Positions 7,129-18,034 of a DNA stretch of 34,871 nt are shown piece by piece (the first letter of the stretch is position 1; every line of letters starts with the position of its first letter). The DNA comes from a virus (lineage: Duplodnaviria; Heunggongvirae; Uroviricota; Caudoviricetes), in IMG/VR virus record IMGVR_UViG_2541047758_000018; one strand, 5' to 3'. The notes below the pieces were generated by a model. That model saw only the letters and a program-made list of their open reading frames with translations, had not been told where the DNA came from and made no database searches. Position numbers and translations under genes: made by a program.

Positions 7129-9871
7129 TCTTATCCGTCAGGTTATCAGTGCGTCTGAAAACAACTGGCCTCATGTGCTGGGCTGCCTGAACATAAATGT
7201 CCCTGACTCTCCGCGCCGTCATGCTCCCTGCCCTGCATGTGGGGGCAAAGATCGATTCCGATTCGACGACAACGGGCGCGGTAGCTTCATCTGTAATCAG
7301 TGCGGCGCTGGTGATGGGCTGGATTTAATTAAACGCGTAAATAACTGCGACACAACAGAGGCGGCGTTGCTTGCCGCTGATGTTCTGGGTATTGATTACC
7401 GGACAACGGAAACACCAGAAGCCACCAGCCAGAAACGGGAACAACTGGAAACCGAGCGCCAGCGACGCGAACAGGAGCGCCTGAAAAGGGCAGAGAAGGA
7501 CGAACAACAAAGACGGGATACGTTTTCCCGTCAGTTTGATGACATGCGCAGAAAGGCTGTAAACGGCAAATCTGATTATCTGGTTGCGAAAGGGGTAGGT
7601 GATTTTACATTCCCCGTGTTGCCCGATGGATCTCTGTTGCTGGCGCTGGTGGATAAATCCGGCGCAGTCACAGCAGCACAGACTATTACCTCACATGGTG
7701 AAAAAAGACTCCTGACAGGTTCAGCAAAGCGAGGGGCATATCACGCCATAAACGCACCAGAAACAACACAGAGCATCTTAATCGCAGAAGGGCTGGCAAC
7801 GGCATTATCTGCCCATTTAATTCGTCCAGAGGCGCTGACAGTGGCGGCGATTGATGCCGGGAACCTGTTATATGTCGCCCAGGTACTGCGGGATAAATTT
7901 CCTTCAGCACAAATCATCATTGCTGCGGATAACGACCACAGCGAAGGAAGACAAAACACGGGGAGAATAGCAGCAGAAAAAGCAGCTTTATCTGTTTCTG
8001 GATGGGTGGCATTACCCCCGACAGATCACAAAGCAGACTGGAATGATTACCACCAAAAACACGGCATTAAATGCGCCACAGAAGCGTTCAATAAGTCAAT
8101 GTACCAACCACAGGGTAATGGCGTGAAACAGGAGCCACAGACCATTGAGGGAAGCGATTTTAAGGTTATGGATACCGACCCACTGAAACCAAGAATAGAA
8201 AGCCGCGAGGATGGTATTTATTGGGTATCTCCGAGAGCTGACAGCCAGAGTGGAGAAATCATCAATAACGAAAGCTGGTTATGTTCTCCGTTAAGCGTTA
8301 TCGGTACTGGCAGAGACGATAAAGACCAGTATCTCATTCTTCGCTGGCTGTCGTTTGGTTCTGAAACGCCGACAACCGCTGCCATTCCACTGGCTGATAT
8401 TGGTGAACGTGAAGGATGGCGCACACTTAAAGCTGGTGGGGTAAATGTCACGACCAAAAGCAGCCTCAGAGCAATACTGGCAGACTGGCTACAACGCAGT
8501 GGCTCTCGTGAATTGTGGCGTGTTGCTCATGCCACTGGCTGGCAATGCGGAGCGTACATCATGCCTGATGGGGAAATCATCGGAACACCTGAAAATCCTG
8601 TGCTGTTCAGCGGGAGAAGCTCAGCCGCAGCCGGATATACCGTCTCAGGGAGCGCGAAAAGCTGGCGTGATAACGTGGCGCGTCTGGCCTTTGGTAACTA
8701 TTCAATGATGACCGGGATCGGCGCAGCACTGGCAGCGCCATTGATTGGGCTGGTGGGCGCTGACGGGTTCGGCATTCATTTCTATGAGCAGTCGAGCGCA
8801 GGTAAGACCACCACGGCAAACGTGGCGAGCAGCTTATACGGCAACCCTGATTTACTGCGGCTGACGTGGTACGGAACCGCGCTGGGGCTGGCAAATGAAG
8901 CTGCCGCCCACAATGACGGACTAATGCCGCTTGATGAAGTTGGTCAGGGCGCTGATCCTGTCAGTGTTTCACAGTCTGCCTATGCGTTATTTAACGGTGT
9001 AGGGAAACTGCAAGGCGCTAAAGATGGTGGAAACCGGGATCTAAAACGCTGGCGTACAGTGGCAATCAGCACCGGAGAAATGGATTTAGAAACATTTATC
9101 GCTACTTCCGGGCGAAAAACCAAAGCCGGGCAACTGGTGCGACTGCTGAATATTCCGTTGAGTAAAGCAGTACGCTTTCACGATTACCAGAACGGAAAAC
9201 AGCACGCAGACGCACTGAAAGACGCTTACCAGCATCACCACGGCGCGTCCGGGCGTGAGTGGATTAAATGGCTGGCAGACCACCAGCAACAGGCTATTAA
9301 AACTGTTCGTGATTGCGAAAGCAGATGGAGAAGCCTGATCCCATCCGATTATGGTGAGCAGGTTCACCGTGTAGCCGCGCGATTTGCCATTCTGGAGGCC
9401 GCATTGTTGTTAGGCGAGGTTGTAACAGGCTGGGATGCTCAGACATGCCGTGATGCGATACAGCACAGCTATAACGCATGGTTGCGCGAGTTCGGCACAG
9501 GTAACAAAGAGCATCAGCAGATTATTGAACAAACGGAGGCATTTCTTAATGCCTATGGGCTTAGCCGTTTTGCACCATTTCCATACAGCCCGGCAGATTT
9601 GCCCATCAAAGATTTAGCCGGATACCGTCAGCGTGGAGAACATGACGAAAGTCCAATGATTTTCTACACATTCCCGGCCACATTTGAAAAGGAGATCGCA
9701 TGTGGTTTCAACGCAAAACAGTTTGCTGAAGTGTTGAAAAAAGCCGGGATGCTAACCCCACCAAACAGCGGTCGTGGATACCAAAGAAAATCACCACGTA
9801 TTCAGGGACGACAAATAAACGTTTATGTACTCAATTACCAGCCAGGAGATTACAACTCATCTGAAGAATGA
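7112..9871 (+). CDS. P4 alpha-like primase-helicase (Zn-ribbon + TOPRIM primase + C-terminal NTPase domain), 919 aa
   Basis: Zinc-ribbon motif PCPACGGKDRFRFDDNGRGSFICNQCGAGDGLDLI; TOPRIM-like acidic motifs ILIAEGLATAL and IIIAADNDHSEG; C-terminal region with Walker-A-like YEQSSAGKTT. Confidence 0.9.
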   Translation: MMRNIDLIRQVISASENNWPHVLGCLNINVPDSPRRHAPCPACGGKDRFRFDDNGRGSFICNQCGAGDGLDLIKRVNNCDTTEAALLAADVLGIDYRTTETPEATSQKREQLETERQRREQERLKRAEKDEQQRRDTFSRQFDDMRRKAVNGKSDYLVAKGVGDFTFPVLPDGSLLLALVDKSGAVTAAQTITSHGEKRLLTGSAKRGAYHAINAPETTQSILIAEGLATALSAHLIRPEALTVAAIDAGNLLYVAQVLRDKFPSAQIIIAADNDHSEGRQNTGRIAAEKAALSVSGWVALPPTDHKADWNDYHQKHGIKCATEAFNKSMYQPQGNGVKQEPQTIEGSDFKVMDTDPLKPRIESREDGIYWVSPRADSQSGEIINNESWLCSPLSVIGTGRDDKDQYLILRWLSFGSETPTTAAIPLADIGEREGWRTLKAGGVNVTTKSSLRAILADWLQRSGSRELWRVAHATGWQCGAYIMPDGEIIGTPENPVLFSGRSSAAAGYTVSGSAKSWRDNVARLAFGNYSMMTGIGAALAAPLIGLVGADGFGIHFYEQSSAGKTTTANVASSLYGNPDLLRLTWYGTALGLANEAAAHNDGLMPLDEVGQGADPVSVSQSAYALFNGVGKLQGAKDGGNRDLKRWRTVAISTGEMDLETFIATSGRKTKAGQLVRLLNIPLSKAVRFHDYQNGKQHADALKDAYQHHHGASGREWIKWLADHQQQAIKTVRDCESRWRSLIPSDYGEQVHRVAARFAILEAALLLGEVVTGWDAQTCRDAIQHSYNAWLREFGTGNKEHQQIIEQTEAFLNAYGLSRFAPFPYSPADLPIKDLAGYRQRGEHDESPMIFYTFPATFEKEIACGFNAKQFAEVLKKAGMLTPPNSGRGYQRKSPRIQGRQINVYVLNYQPGDYNSSEE

Positions 9872-9895
9872 GCTTCTTCATGTGCGTAGAAAAGG

Positions 9896-10010
9896 TGTTG
9901 GTTCAGTTGGTTCAGTTGGTTCAATTTGTAAAGAGTATTGTTTTATAAGGATTTTATTCTTTTTATTGAACCAACACTGAACCAACAACACGGTATTTTG
10001 AACCAACACA
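9896..10010. repeat. Putative replication origin: three tandem GGTTCAGT-type iterons, AT-rich spacer, three inverted GAACCAAC iterons
   Basis: gtgttggttcagttggttcagttggttcaa (9896-9925), then about 40 bp of AT-rich sequence, then ttgaaccaacactgaaccaacaacacggtattttgaaccaacaca (9966-10010); sits immediately 3' of the primase gene, as ori/crr does in P4 and as ori does in PICIs. Confidence 0.6.
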
Positions 10011-10328
10011 ATGTGACTGAATTGATGCGCACAACACCTGGCTGGCATCAGAGAGTGTTTTACGAGACTTTCGTAAAATCCTGTGTACAAGGGCGTGACG
10101 TTTTTGAAAGTGAGCACTACGAAATTTTCGTAGTTCAAAAAACAGCCTCTGAGAAGTTGTTATGCCTGTTCAGCAAACCATCCGCATAGCTGATCGCGAA
10201 TCAAATTACCAATGGAGCCAGAAGCAAGGGCAGAACTGAAAAGCACCTGCCGTGAAGAGTAATGCGATACCATAAATATAGTTTTTAGAGTCCATAAAAA
10301 ACCTGTCAAAACCTGACACACAGAACGA

Positions 10329-10360
10329 TGCCACCAGCTACTGAGCGGTGGCATTTTTTT
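10329..10360 (+). terminator. Putative Rho-independent terminator
   Basis: gccacc-agctactgagc-ggtggc hairpin followed by attttttttg. Confidence 0.55.
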
Positions 10361-10456
10361 TGTGCTATTTGTTTCATATTTTGCAATTACGATGATGAAT
10401 ATTGCGATTTGTGAAACTATAATAACTGTTGTTTTATACAGTTCTAAGGGGGCGTT

Positions 10457-10618
10457 ATGGCTATTTCAGTAAAGCCGGTATTGATAAGTGAGAAGCAAAT
10501 GGAAGCGATAAAGAAAATTCAGGAAGAGCAGCGTAAAAAATCAGGAATTGGAGTAGCGCCAACTCTGCATGAAATTGCACGAGGGTTAATAGATAAGGCG
10601 CTGGCAGGCTGTATGTGA
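10457..10618 (+). CDS. Small protein (53 aa), possible ribbon-helix-helix-type regulator at the head of the ejection-protein operon
   Basis: Not in the ORF track (below 60 aa). ATG at 10457 is preceded by aagggggcg Shine-Dalgarno; translation MAISVKPVLISEKQMEAIKKIQEEQRKKSGIGVAPTLHEIARGLIDKALAGCM; about 80 bp of AT-rich promoter-like sequence lies between the terminator and the start. Confidence 0.4.
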   Translation: MAISVKPVLISEKQMEAIKKIQEEQRKKSGIGVAPTLHEIARGLIDKALAGCM

Positions 10619-10634
10619 AAATGGATGGCATCGC

Positions 10635-11096
10635 ATGGAACTAAAATTTATTGATAACCCTGTGCGATTACAGGCCTTTCTTAACGAGCCAGGCAATACC
10701 GAAAATATTGTTGAGCCGGGGCACACGTACTACATCAAGCCTGATGCGGTATATCTCGGCATCTACGAAGGATTAGTGCTGGCTGGCGTTCATGAAGTGC
10801 GTAACTTCTGGCATAGCGTTGTTGAATGCCATGCGGTGTACGACCCCGGATTCCGTGGTGAATATGCACTGCAAGGGCATCGATTATTCTGCAAATGGCT
10901 TCTCGAAAACTCACCATTCCTTAACAGCATCACTATGGTTCCTGACACCACGAAATACGGACGGGCAATTATCCGTTTGCTTGGCGCTACCCGTGTTGGT
11001 CACCTTGATGATGCTTATATCAGATGTGGTAAACCCGTCGGCGTAACGCTTTATCAGTTAACTCGGCAACAATATAAGGAATTCAGCGAATGTTAA
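10635..11096 (+). CDS. Hypothetical phage-like protein (153 aa), first large gene of ejection-protein-like operon
   Basis: ORF 16 nt downstream of the small regulator-like ORF; no motif recognised; position is analogous to P22 gp14 or T7 gp13 ahead of the ejection proteins. Confidence 0.5.
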   Translation: MELKFIDNPVRLQAFLNEPGNTENIVEPGHTYYIKPDAVYLGIYEGLVLAGVHEVRNFWHSVVECHAVYDPGFRGEYALQGHRLFCKWLLENSPFLNSITMVPDTTKYGRAIIRLLGATRVGHLDDAYIRCGKPVGVTLYQLTRQQYKEFSEC

Positions 11097-11767
11097 TTAC
11101 CCATATAGCTCATAAACATCTCAATCGTGCCGTATACGAAAAAGGCGGTGATGGTGGTGCCTCTAAAGCTCAGGCGAAGGCCCAGCAGCAGGCAATTGAT
11201 TTGCAGCGCGAGCAGTGGAATACGGTGATGAATAATCTCAAGCCGTATGCAGAAGTCGGATTGCCTGCTTTACAACAACTGCAAGGACTGATGACTCTGG
11301 AAGGGCAGAATAAAGCCGCGAATGATTTCTTTGGTTCTGGTTTATATAAAACACAGGCAGATCAGGCCCGTTATCAGAACCTTGTCTCAGCAGAAGCTAC
11401 CGGGGGGCTTGGCTCAACAGCTACCAGTAACCAGTTATCTTCCATTGCGCCCATGCTTTATAACAATTGGCTCAGTGGGCAAATGCAAAATTATGGAAAC
11501 CTGCTAAATGTCGGGATGAATGCGGCATCAGGGCAGGCAACGGCAGGGCAAAACTACGCCAATAATACCGGACAACTCTTGCAGGGGCTTGGCGCTATTC
11601 GTGCAGGTCAGGCGCAGCAGCCATCCAGTCTTGCGCGTGGTATTGGTGGGGCAGCATCAGGCGCTTTAGCGGGTGCGCAACTTGGTTCCGTTGTTCCTGG
11701 AATAGGAACTGCGGCCGGCGCTATTGGTGGTGGGCTTATTGGTCTTGTTGGGGGGCTTGGATTCTAA
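11090..11767 (+). CDS. Glycine-rich protein (225 aa) with hydrophobic Gly/Ala C-terminal tail; podovirus ejection/internal-virion-protein-like
   Basis: C-terminus GIGGAASGALAGAQLGSVVPGIGTAAGAIGGGLIGLVGGLGF is membrane-insertion-like; Q/N-rich body; operon-coupled to neighbours. Confidence 0.5.
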   Translation: MLITHIAHKHLNRAVYEKGGDGGASKAQAKAQQQAIDLQREQWNTVMNNLKPYAEVGLPALQQLQGLMTLEGQNKAANDFFGSGLYKTQADQARYQNLVSAEATGGLGSTATSNQLSSIAPMLYNNWLSGQMQNYGNLLNVGMNAASGQATAGQNYANNTGQLLQGLGAIRAGQAQQPSSLARGIGGAASGALAGAQLGSVVPGIGTAAGAIGGGLIGLVGGLGF

Positions 11768-13086
11768 TGGCGACATGGCAACTTGGCGGGCTGCCTAGCA
11801 TGGCACCGCAAAATGATAATGCTCCTCGTTCTTCCGTTCCTCAGCCTGTGCAGTATCAGCAGCAGCCAAACGTAGGTTTAATGGCGCTACAGGGGCTAAG
11901 AGGCGTTGCTGAGATTAATCAGCAGGCGCAAATTTCCCAGCAGTTAAAAGAATATCAGGCACGGTTGGGTAGTGCGGTAGCTAATAATGATCGTGTTGGC
12001 GTGCAGAAGTTAATGGCCCAGTATCCCCAGTTTATGGCTGATTCTCAAAAACAGATGGGATTCATTGATGCTGAGCAAAATCGACAGACCGCTGACGCTG
12101 CCATGAATCTGCGTCTTGCGTCACAAACTGGAGATCCACTGACCATGCAGAAGGCCATTCAGCAGGCAAATCCAGTATTACAGCGATTTGGTCTTCCTGC
12201 TGAAGAGGTTTATCAGTCTTGGCAGAATGACCCACAGGAATTCAACAGAATCACTGACCTCATCCACCTCCATGCTGATCCAAATAGTTACTTTAGTGTT
12301 CAAGAGAAGCAGCAAGGGCAGAGCATTGCACAGCAGAACGCAGATACATCCGCATATAATGCTCAGGTTAATGCGGAACAGGGTAATCGACGTCTCGATA
12401 TGGAGCAGTTCAAAGTCCTATCCGATAACCAACTACGCACGAGAGAAATGGTTCTGAAAGCACGACTTGGACGTGCTCAAAATGACATCGAGAGAGACAA
12501 GCTCAATGCTGAACTGAGCAAGGTACAGCAGGCGAAAGTGGAGAAGATGAACGATAAAATTAATACTGTTGCAGGTAACATCGACTCCTTGAACTCTGCG
12601 CTTGAAGTGGGTCATGAACTGGCGGGAATTGTAGGGAAACATCCTTCGGCCGTTACCCGCTCGCAGAACTATAACCCCCTGACGCTGGGGTTTGGATTCC
12701 TTCCTGATGTAGCAGAAGACACACGAAGCCTACGCGCCAAAGCTGATGAATACAACCTAAAGGTTATTCTGCCTAGCCTCAAAGGGACTTTTGGCTCTAA
12801 CCCAACCGAAGGGGAAAGGGCTGCCCTTATGCAATCTCAAAATGGCATTAAGTCAGCAACCAGCAATGAGGCATTTTTGCGAGAGTTGAATAAAGCGCAG
12901 GACGTAATTATTCGAATGCAGAAACGACAGATTGCCGGGCTCGGTATTCCTGTAACCAAATCTAAGGACGAAGAAACTGATACCAAAATGCTGTTGCAGG
13001 ATCCTTCACTAGTTAAGGATTATGTGACCGCACATGGCTATCTGCCGGAAAGTTACTATCAGGCAAAACTTAAGGGATGGCAATGA
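11767..13086 (+). CDS. Gln-rich coiled-coil-like protein (439 aa); ejection/internal-virion-protein-like
   Basis: ATG overlaps the upstream stop (TAATGG); composition and size resemble the middle ejection protein of podoviruses (P22 gp20 / T7 gp15 class). Confidence 0.5.
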   Translation: MATWQLGGLPSMAPQNDNAPRSSVPQPVQYQQQPNVGLMALQGLRGVAEINQQAQISQQLKEYQARLGSAVANNDRVGVQKLMAQYPQFMADSQKQMGFIDAEQNRQTADAAMNLRLASQTGDPLTMQKAIQQANPVLQRFGLPAEEVYQSWQNDPQEFNRITDLIHLHADPNSYFSVQEKQQGQSIAQQNADTSAYNAQVNAEQGNRRLDMEQFKVLSDNQLRTREMVLKARLGRAQNDIERDKLNAELSKVQQAKVEKMNDKINTVAGNIDSLNSALEVGHELAGIVGKHPSAVTRSQNYNPLTLGFGFLPDVAEDTRSLRAKADEYNLKVILPSLKGTFGSNPTEGERAALMQSQNGIKSATSNEAFLRELNKAQDVIIRMQKRQIAGLGIPVTKSKDEETDTKMLLQDPSLVKDYVTAHGYLPESYYQAKLKGWQ

Positions 13087-15414
13087 TGGCACAACTGACA
13101 GAAAAACAGAAAGCCTATTCCCGTCATCTCGATGAAAAATATGGTTTCCCATCAGGGACGATGGAAACATTAGTTGGCAATGAATCTAGTGGTAACGGAA
13201 GTGCCGAGTCACCGAAAGGAGCTAGAGGATTTGCTCAACTGATGCCCTCAGTAATGAGTGATGCTGGTTATCGTGGAACAGATCCGCGCTCACTGCCATT
13301 TGAAAAGCAAATGGATATCGCAGCAAACCATCTCAATAAAGGAATGAAGCGATTTGGTGATATAGGTATGGCATTGGCTGGGTATAATTCTGGCTATGCT
13401 CGTATTAATGCCGTCAGAAACGGTAAATCTACACTGCCAGATGAAACGGCTAATTACGTAAGTAAATTTGCAGATGCTGGAATAATCCCTGATGACAGTG
13501 AAATCTTGCAGTTTGCACAAACCAGTCAACATCGCAATCTTCAGCAGCCTGACTACTCAGAGCTTGATAAAGAAATCTCTCAGGTGGGAGATATTTCTGC
13601 ATGGGAAGCAAAACGTCAGCAATTTAAGAACATAGAAGCAGGACTACCAACAGCCAGTTCATGGGAGCAGAAAAGAGCTCAGTTTCTCGCCGATGAAAAT
13701 GCCGGGGAACCGCAGCAGCAAGTAGCCAAGTCTAACCTTAATCCTGAGATGGAATATCTTTCGCCAGGACTGAAAGCTGCGCCAGAGCAGATGGCCAGAG
13801 GGATTGCTAATATACCGTTTGATGTAATGGACGCAGGCGTGGGGGTAGTCAATGCGGCGCAATCAGCCGGAGCATGGGCAGCTCAGAAGCTTGGTGTGGG
13901 TGATGGCACATACACGCCCATATCACCTGTCTTTCGCCCAGTAGACCAACCTACAGATCCATACGCGCAGGCTGGTGAGCAGCTAGCACCTTACCTTATT
14001 ACAGGATTAGGTGCAGGAAAGGCAGCTACCGCAGCTTCTTCAGTTGCCAACGCTCCACGTGCTGAACGTGCGGCCACAAAGGTGGCTAGTATGTTGGCAG
14101 AAAACCTGCCAGGTACATTGGTGAACGCCCAAAAGAACGGGCAGATCAGCCCAGAAGACCTAGCAAAAGAGACAGGTATTGGCCTAGCAGGATCGCTAGG
14201 AGCACGCGCTTTAATAAAGAGCGGACAGACAGCCAGTGACGTAATGCGAGATGTATTGCGGAGTAATACAAATCAATCAGGCCATGTGTTAGGGGCAGCA
14301 AATACTCTGGAAACCGCCAATGATGTATCGAAAGCAGCGCGTTCTGCCGTAGGCCGAGAGCATATCGCATCGCAGGCATCAAACGTCAGAGATGATGTCG
14401 CTAAGGCGGCGAAAATCACTGGTATTAATATCAACACCCTGACGCCTGGAATGCGCTCAGGTAGTCGTGGAATTGCCCAAGCAGAAGGTGTTCTGGCATC
14501 AACTCCTGGGAATGTTCAGGATGCTCACCTTACGGCCTTCAATGAAATATCCTCAAAGTTGAATAAGCAGTTGTCTGATTTCGGTGCTGAGTCTGGAAGC
14601 GCATCAGAAAAAAGCGCAGCAATTAAAGAGCGCATCATCGCGAGCCTCAGTGATATGAAAACAGCAGAGAATATGGCATGGGCAGAACTGCGAAGCACGA
14701 TGCCACGCGAAAGGATGAAAATGAGTAATGGGATGGCTGTCGTCCAAGCAGAAAAAGCAGCCAATGTTCCACTCAGCCCGGAGATGAAACAGTTTCAGGC
14801 TGCCAACAACCAAGGTGGCGGCATAACCTTCGACGGGATGAAGGCATGGCGTGCTAAGTTTGCTGATGCTGAACAAGCAAACACCCGGGCAGGTAAGGCC
14901 AATGCCGCCCGGATTGCCGGAGAAATGCGCAGAGCTATCACTGATGACATGCGCATCATGGCTGAAAAAGGAAACTTCCTCACAGAATGGCAGAAAGCTA
15001 ACGATCTCTCTAAAAGTTACATTATCGCCAAACAAAATGCCGAATCTGTTTTTGGTCGAGATCTCGCATCAGACGCTATGGTAAGAAAAGGTGCCGATAC
15101 GCTTAAGGCATCCGCAAACACTGGAACGGGAGCTTTTCACCGTCTTATCTCCGCGCTGCCGGAAGCAGAACGCCAACCTGCAATAGCATCTATTCTTCAG
15201 CATGCTGTGGCGCAGGGAGAGAAGGGAGGAATCGGTGAAGAGTCAGGTATCCAGTATTTTGCCAAGCTCATGACCCAGCAGAATGTAAACGCCATCAGTC
15301 GTCATGCGCCAGATCTCGGTAGAATGATGAAAGAGTTCGGTGTACTCGCTAAAGCCAGTACCAGACCGCAGCGATACGTAGAGCGCACGGGAAGAACAAC
15401 TGAGGCTCTCAAAA
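13077..15414 (+). pseudogene. Phage internal-virion/ejection-type protein with N-terminal lytic transglycosylase (SLT) domain, 3'-truncated by IS911-like insertion (native part about 779 codons)
   Basis: SLT signature ESSGNGSAESPKGARGFAQLMP ... ALAGYNSGY near the N-terminus. The ORF reads through the IS end at 15415 and terminates inside the IS at 15569, so the last 51 codons are IS-derived. Confidence 0.7.
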
Positions 15415-15444
15415 TGAAGTGGTCAACAAAAACTGGCCACCGAG

Positions 15445-16628
<1,184 letters not shown>

Positions 16629-17051
16629 CTCTGTTCAGGTGGCCAAATTCAGTAAACCACTTCAGTTCCTGGAGATGATTCGTTGCTTGTGAGCAAGAGG
16701 TGGTCCGCTTTACTGGACAAGTTTTGCATTTGTTGAGTGGTGAAATGGAAGTAAAAAGAGCCCCTTTCTGGCAATGACTGAAAAAGTCAGTAGCGTGTGA
16801 CAGTAAAAACTAACATAAAGTGATTATCGTATGATTATGACAATGACTTATAACTTTTATGAAAAGAACAACAGAAACTATGAAACCATAGCAGATTCCT
16901 GAGACCATGTTTTTTGAGGTAGAGAAAATAATTCAAGAGTAAACCAGTTTGTTTTTTGATCAGTAAAGAACCATGCCTGATGTGAAAACGGGTAATCAAC
17001 ATTCAGTCTGCATGAGTGTCTGAGAATGTTGCTAATGTCGGTATGATACTA

Positions 17052-17210
17052 TATACACATATTTTACTAAGTATTTTTACTAAGCATTTCAGTAAGTGTT
17101 ATACACGTATTTTCTACTAAGTGTTTTACCAGACATACACGTATTTTCATAAACACTTCTACAAGTGTTTTCATTAAGTATTGTTATACACATTGCTTTG
17201 TCTGACACAC
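17052..17210. repeat. Imperfect direct-repeat array (ATACAC[A/G]TATTTT and ACTAAGT[G/A]TTTT motifs, about 4 copies) inside a 1.37-kb ORF-free region
   Basis: atacacatattttactaagtatttttactaagc / atacacgtattttctactaagtgttttacc / atacacgtattttcataaacacttctacaagtgttttcattaagt / atacacattg; no ORF of 60 aa or more on either strand between 16665 and 18034. Confidence 0.5.
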
Positions 17211-17980
17211 ATCCAGTTTAGTAAATCTTTACGTTAGCTAAAATCAGTTTAAAGCTGCTACAAAGCAATCTTTCCTGTTTAAGCAATCAAGATGACATTC
17301 TGTTTTTCTGAAGTTACGTTTAACCTTTTCTGAGTTTTTGTGTTTTTGGTCGTTAACCGGAGAAAAGTATCTTTACGTAAAAACGCAAATCCGACTGAGA
17401 TAACCTGGCGTGATTTACGGAGTGCTTACGACGATTTAGTTAAATGGTTTTATGGATGATTTTGTAGCGATGAGGTTGATGAGATGATTAACTGGCCCTG
17501 GTGTTTTTTTTTCTCAGAGCAAGGCTCTTTTCAGAAAAAGCGTGATGATTGGTTCTGGTGTTTTGATTCAGATGAGGTTTACGTTATCGATGGTTAATCG
17601 CTTTTATGGTGCGTAGTGAAACGTAACATTTTCAGGATGAGAAAATCGATTCTGATGTTAGTGGTTTTTGTTCTTGGGGTGGGGTTATCTGTAAACAGGT
17701 TTTAAACGCGCTATTCGGCTCTGTGATTGAGTTGTGTGGTTAAGCTATAGGTTTTGGTGTTGTTGTTGATTCACAGCGCCAGAAATCGTTCTGATTGCGT
17801 TTTTGATGTTTTGTTTGCACGTTCTGTTGATCCGTTTCCCTTCTGACTTTTCTCGTCGTCCATGCCGTTTTTAAATTCATTTGCTGTTGTTGTGTTTTTT
17901 TACCATCTTTTCGTTTGTAGGGGATTCCATTTTTATCCGGAGTAGGTTGTGTTGCTCAATGGTGGGAGTTCGTAAAGTTT

Positions 17981-18024
17981 TACCGCGGTGATTAATGATG
18001 TGAAGTCAATCCAAATCAATGGAG
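17981..18024 (+). promoter_or_regulatory. Conserved roughly 44-bp motif, copy 1, ending 10 nt upstream of the first YagK/YfjJ-like gene (includes its Shine-Dalgarno ggag)
   Basis: taccgcggtgattaatgatgtgaagtcaatccaaatcaatggag; near-identical core to copy 2 at 18917-18956. Confidence 0.45.
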
Positions 18025-18034
18025 ATCTCTCATC

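Noticed and set aside
9896-10010. Possible CRISPR-like repeat array (tandem short repeats)
   Set aside because: Repeat units are only 8-9 bp, directly tandem without spacers, and mirrored by an inverted copy set; this is an iteron/origin architecture, not a CRISPR array. No CRISPR array was found anywhere in the window.
9878-10189. Two overlapping ORFs (9878-10138 minus, 9938-10189 plus) in the interval after the primase
   Set aside because: They sit on the iteron and AT-rich origin-like sequence, overlap each other on opposite strands and have no ribosome-binding sites; judged non-coding.
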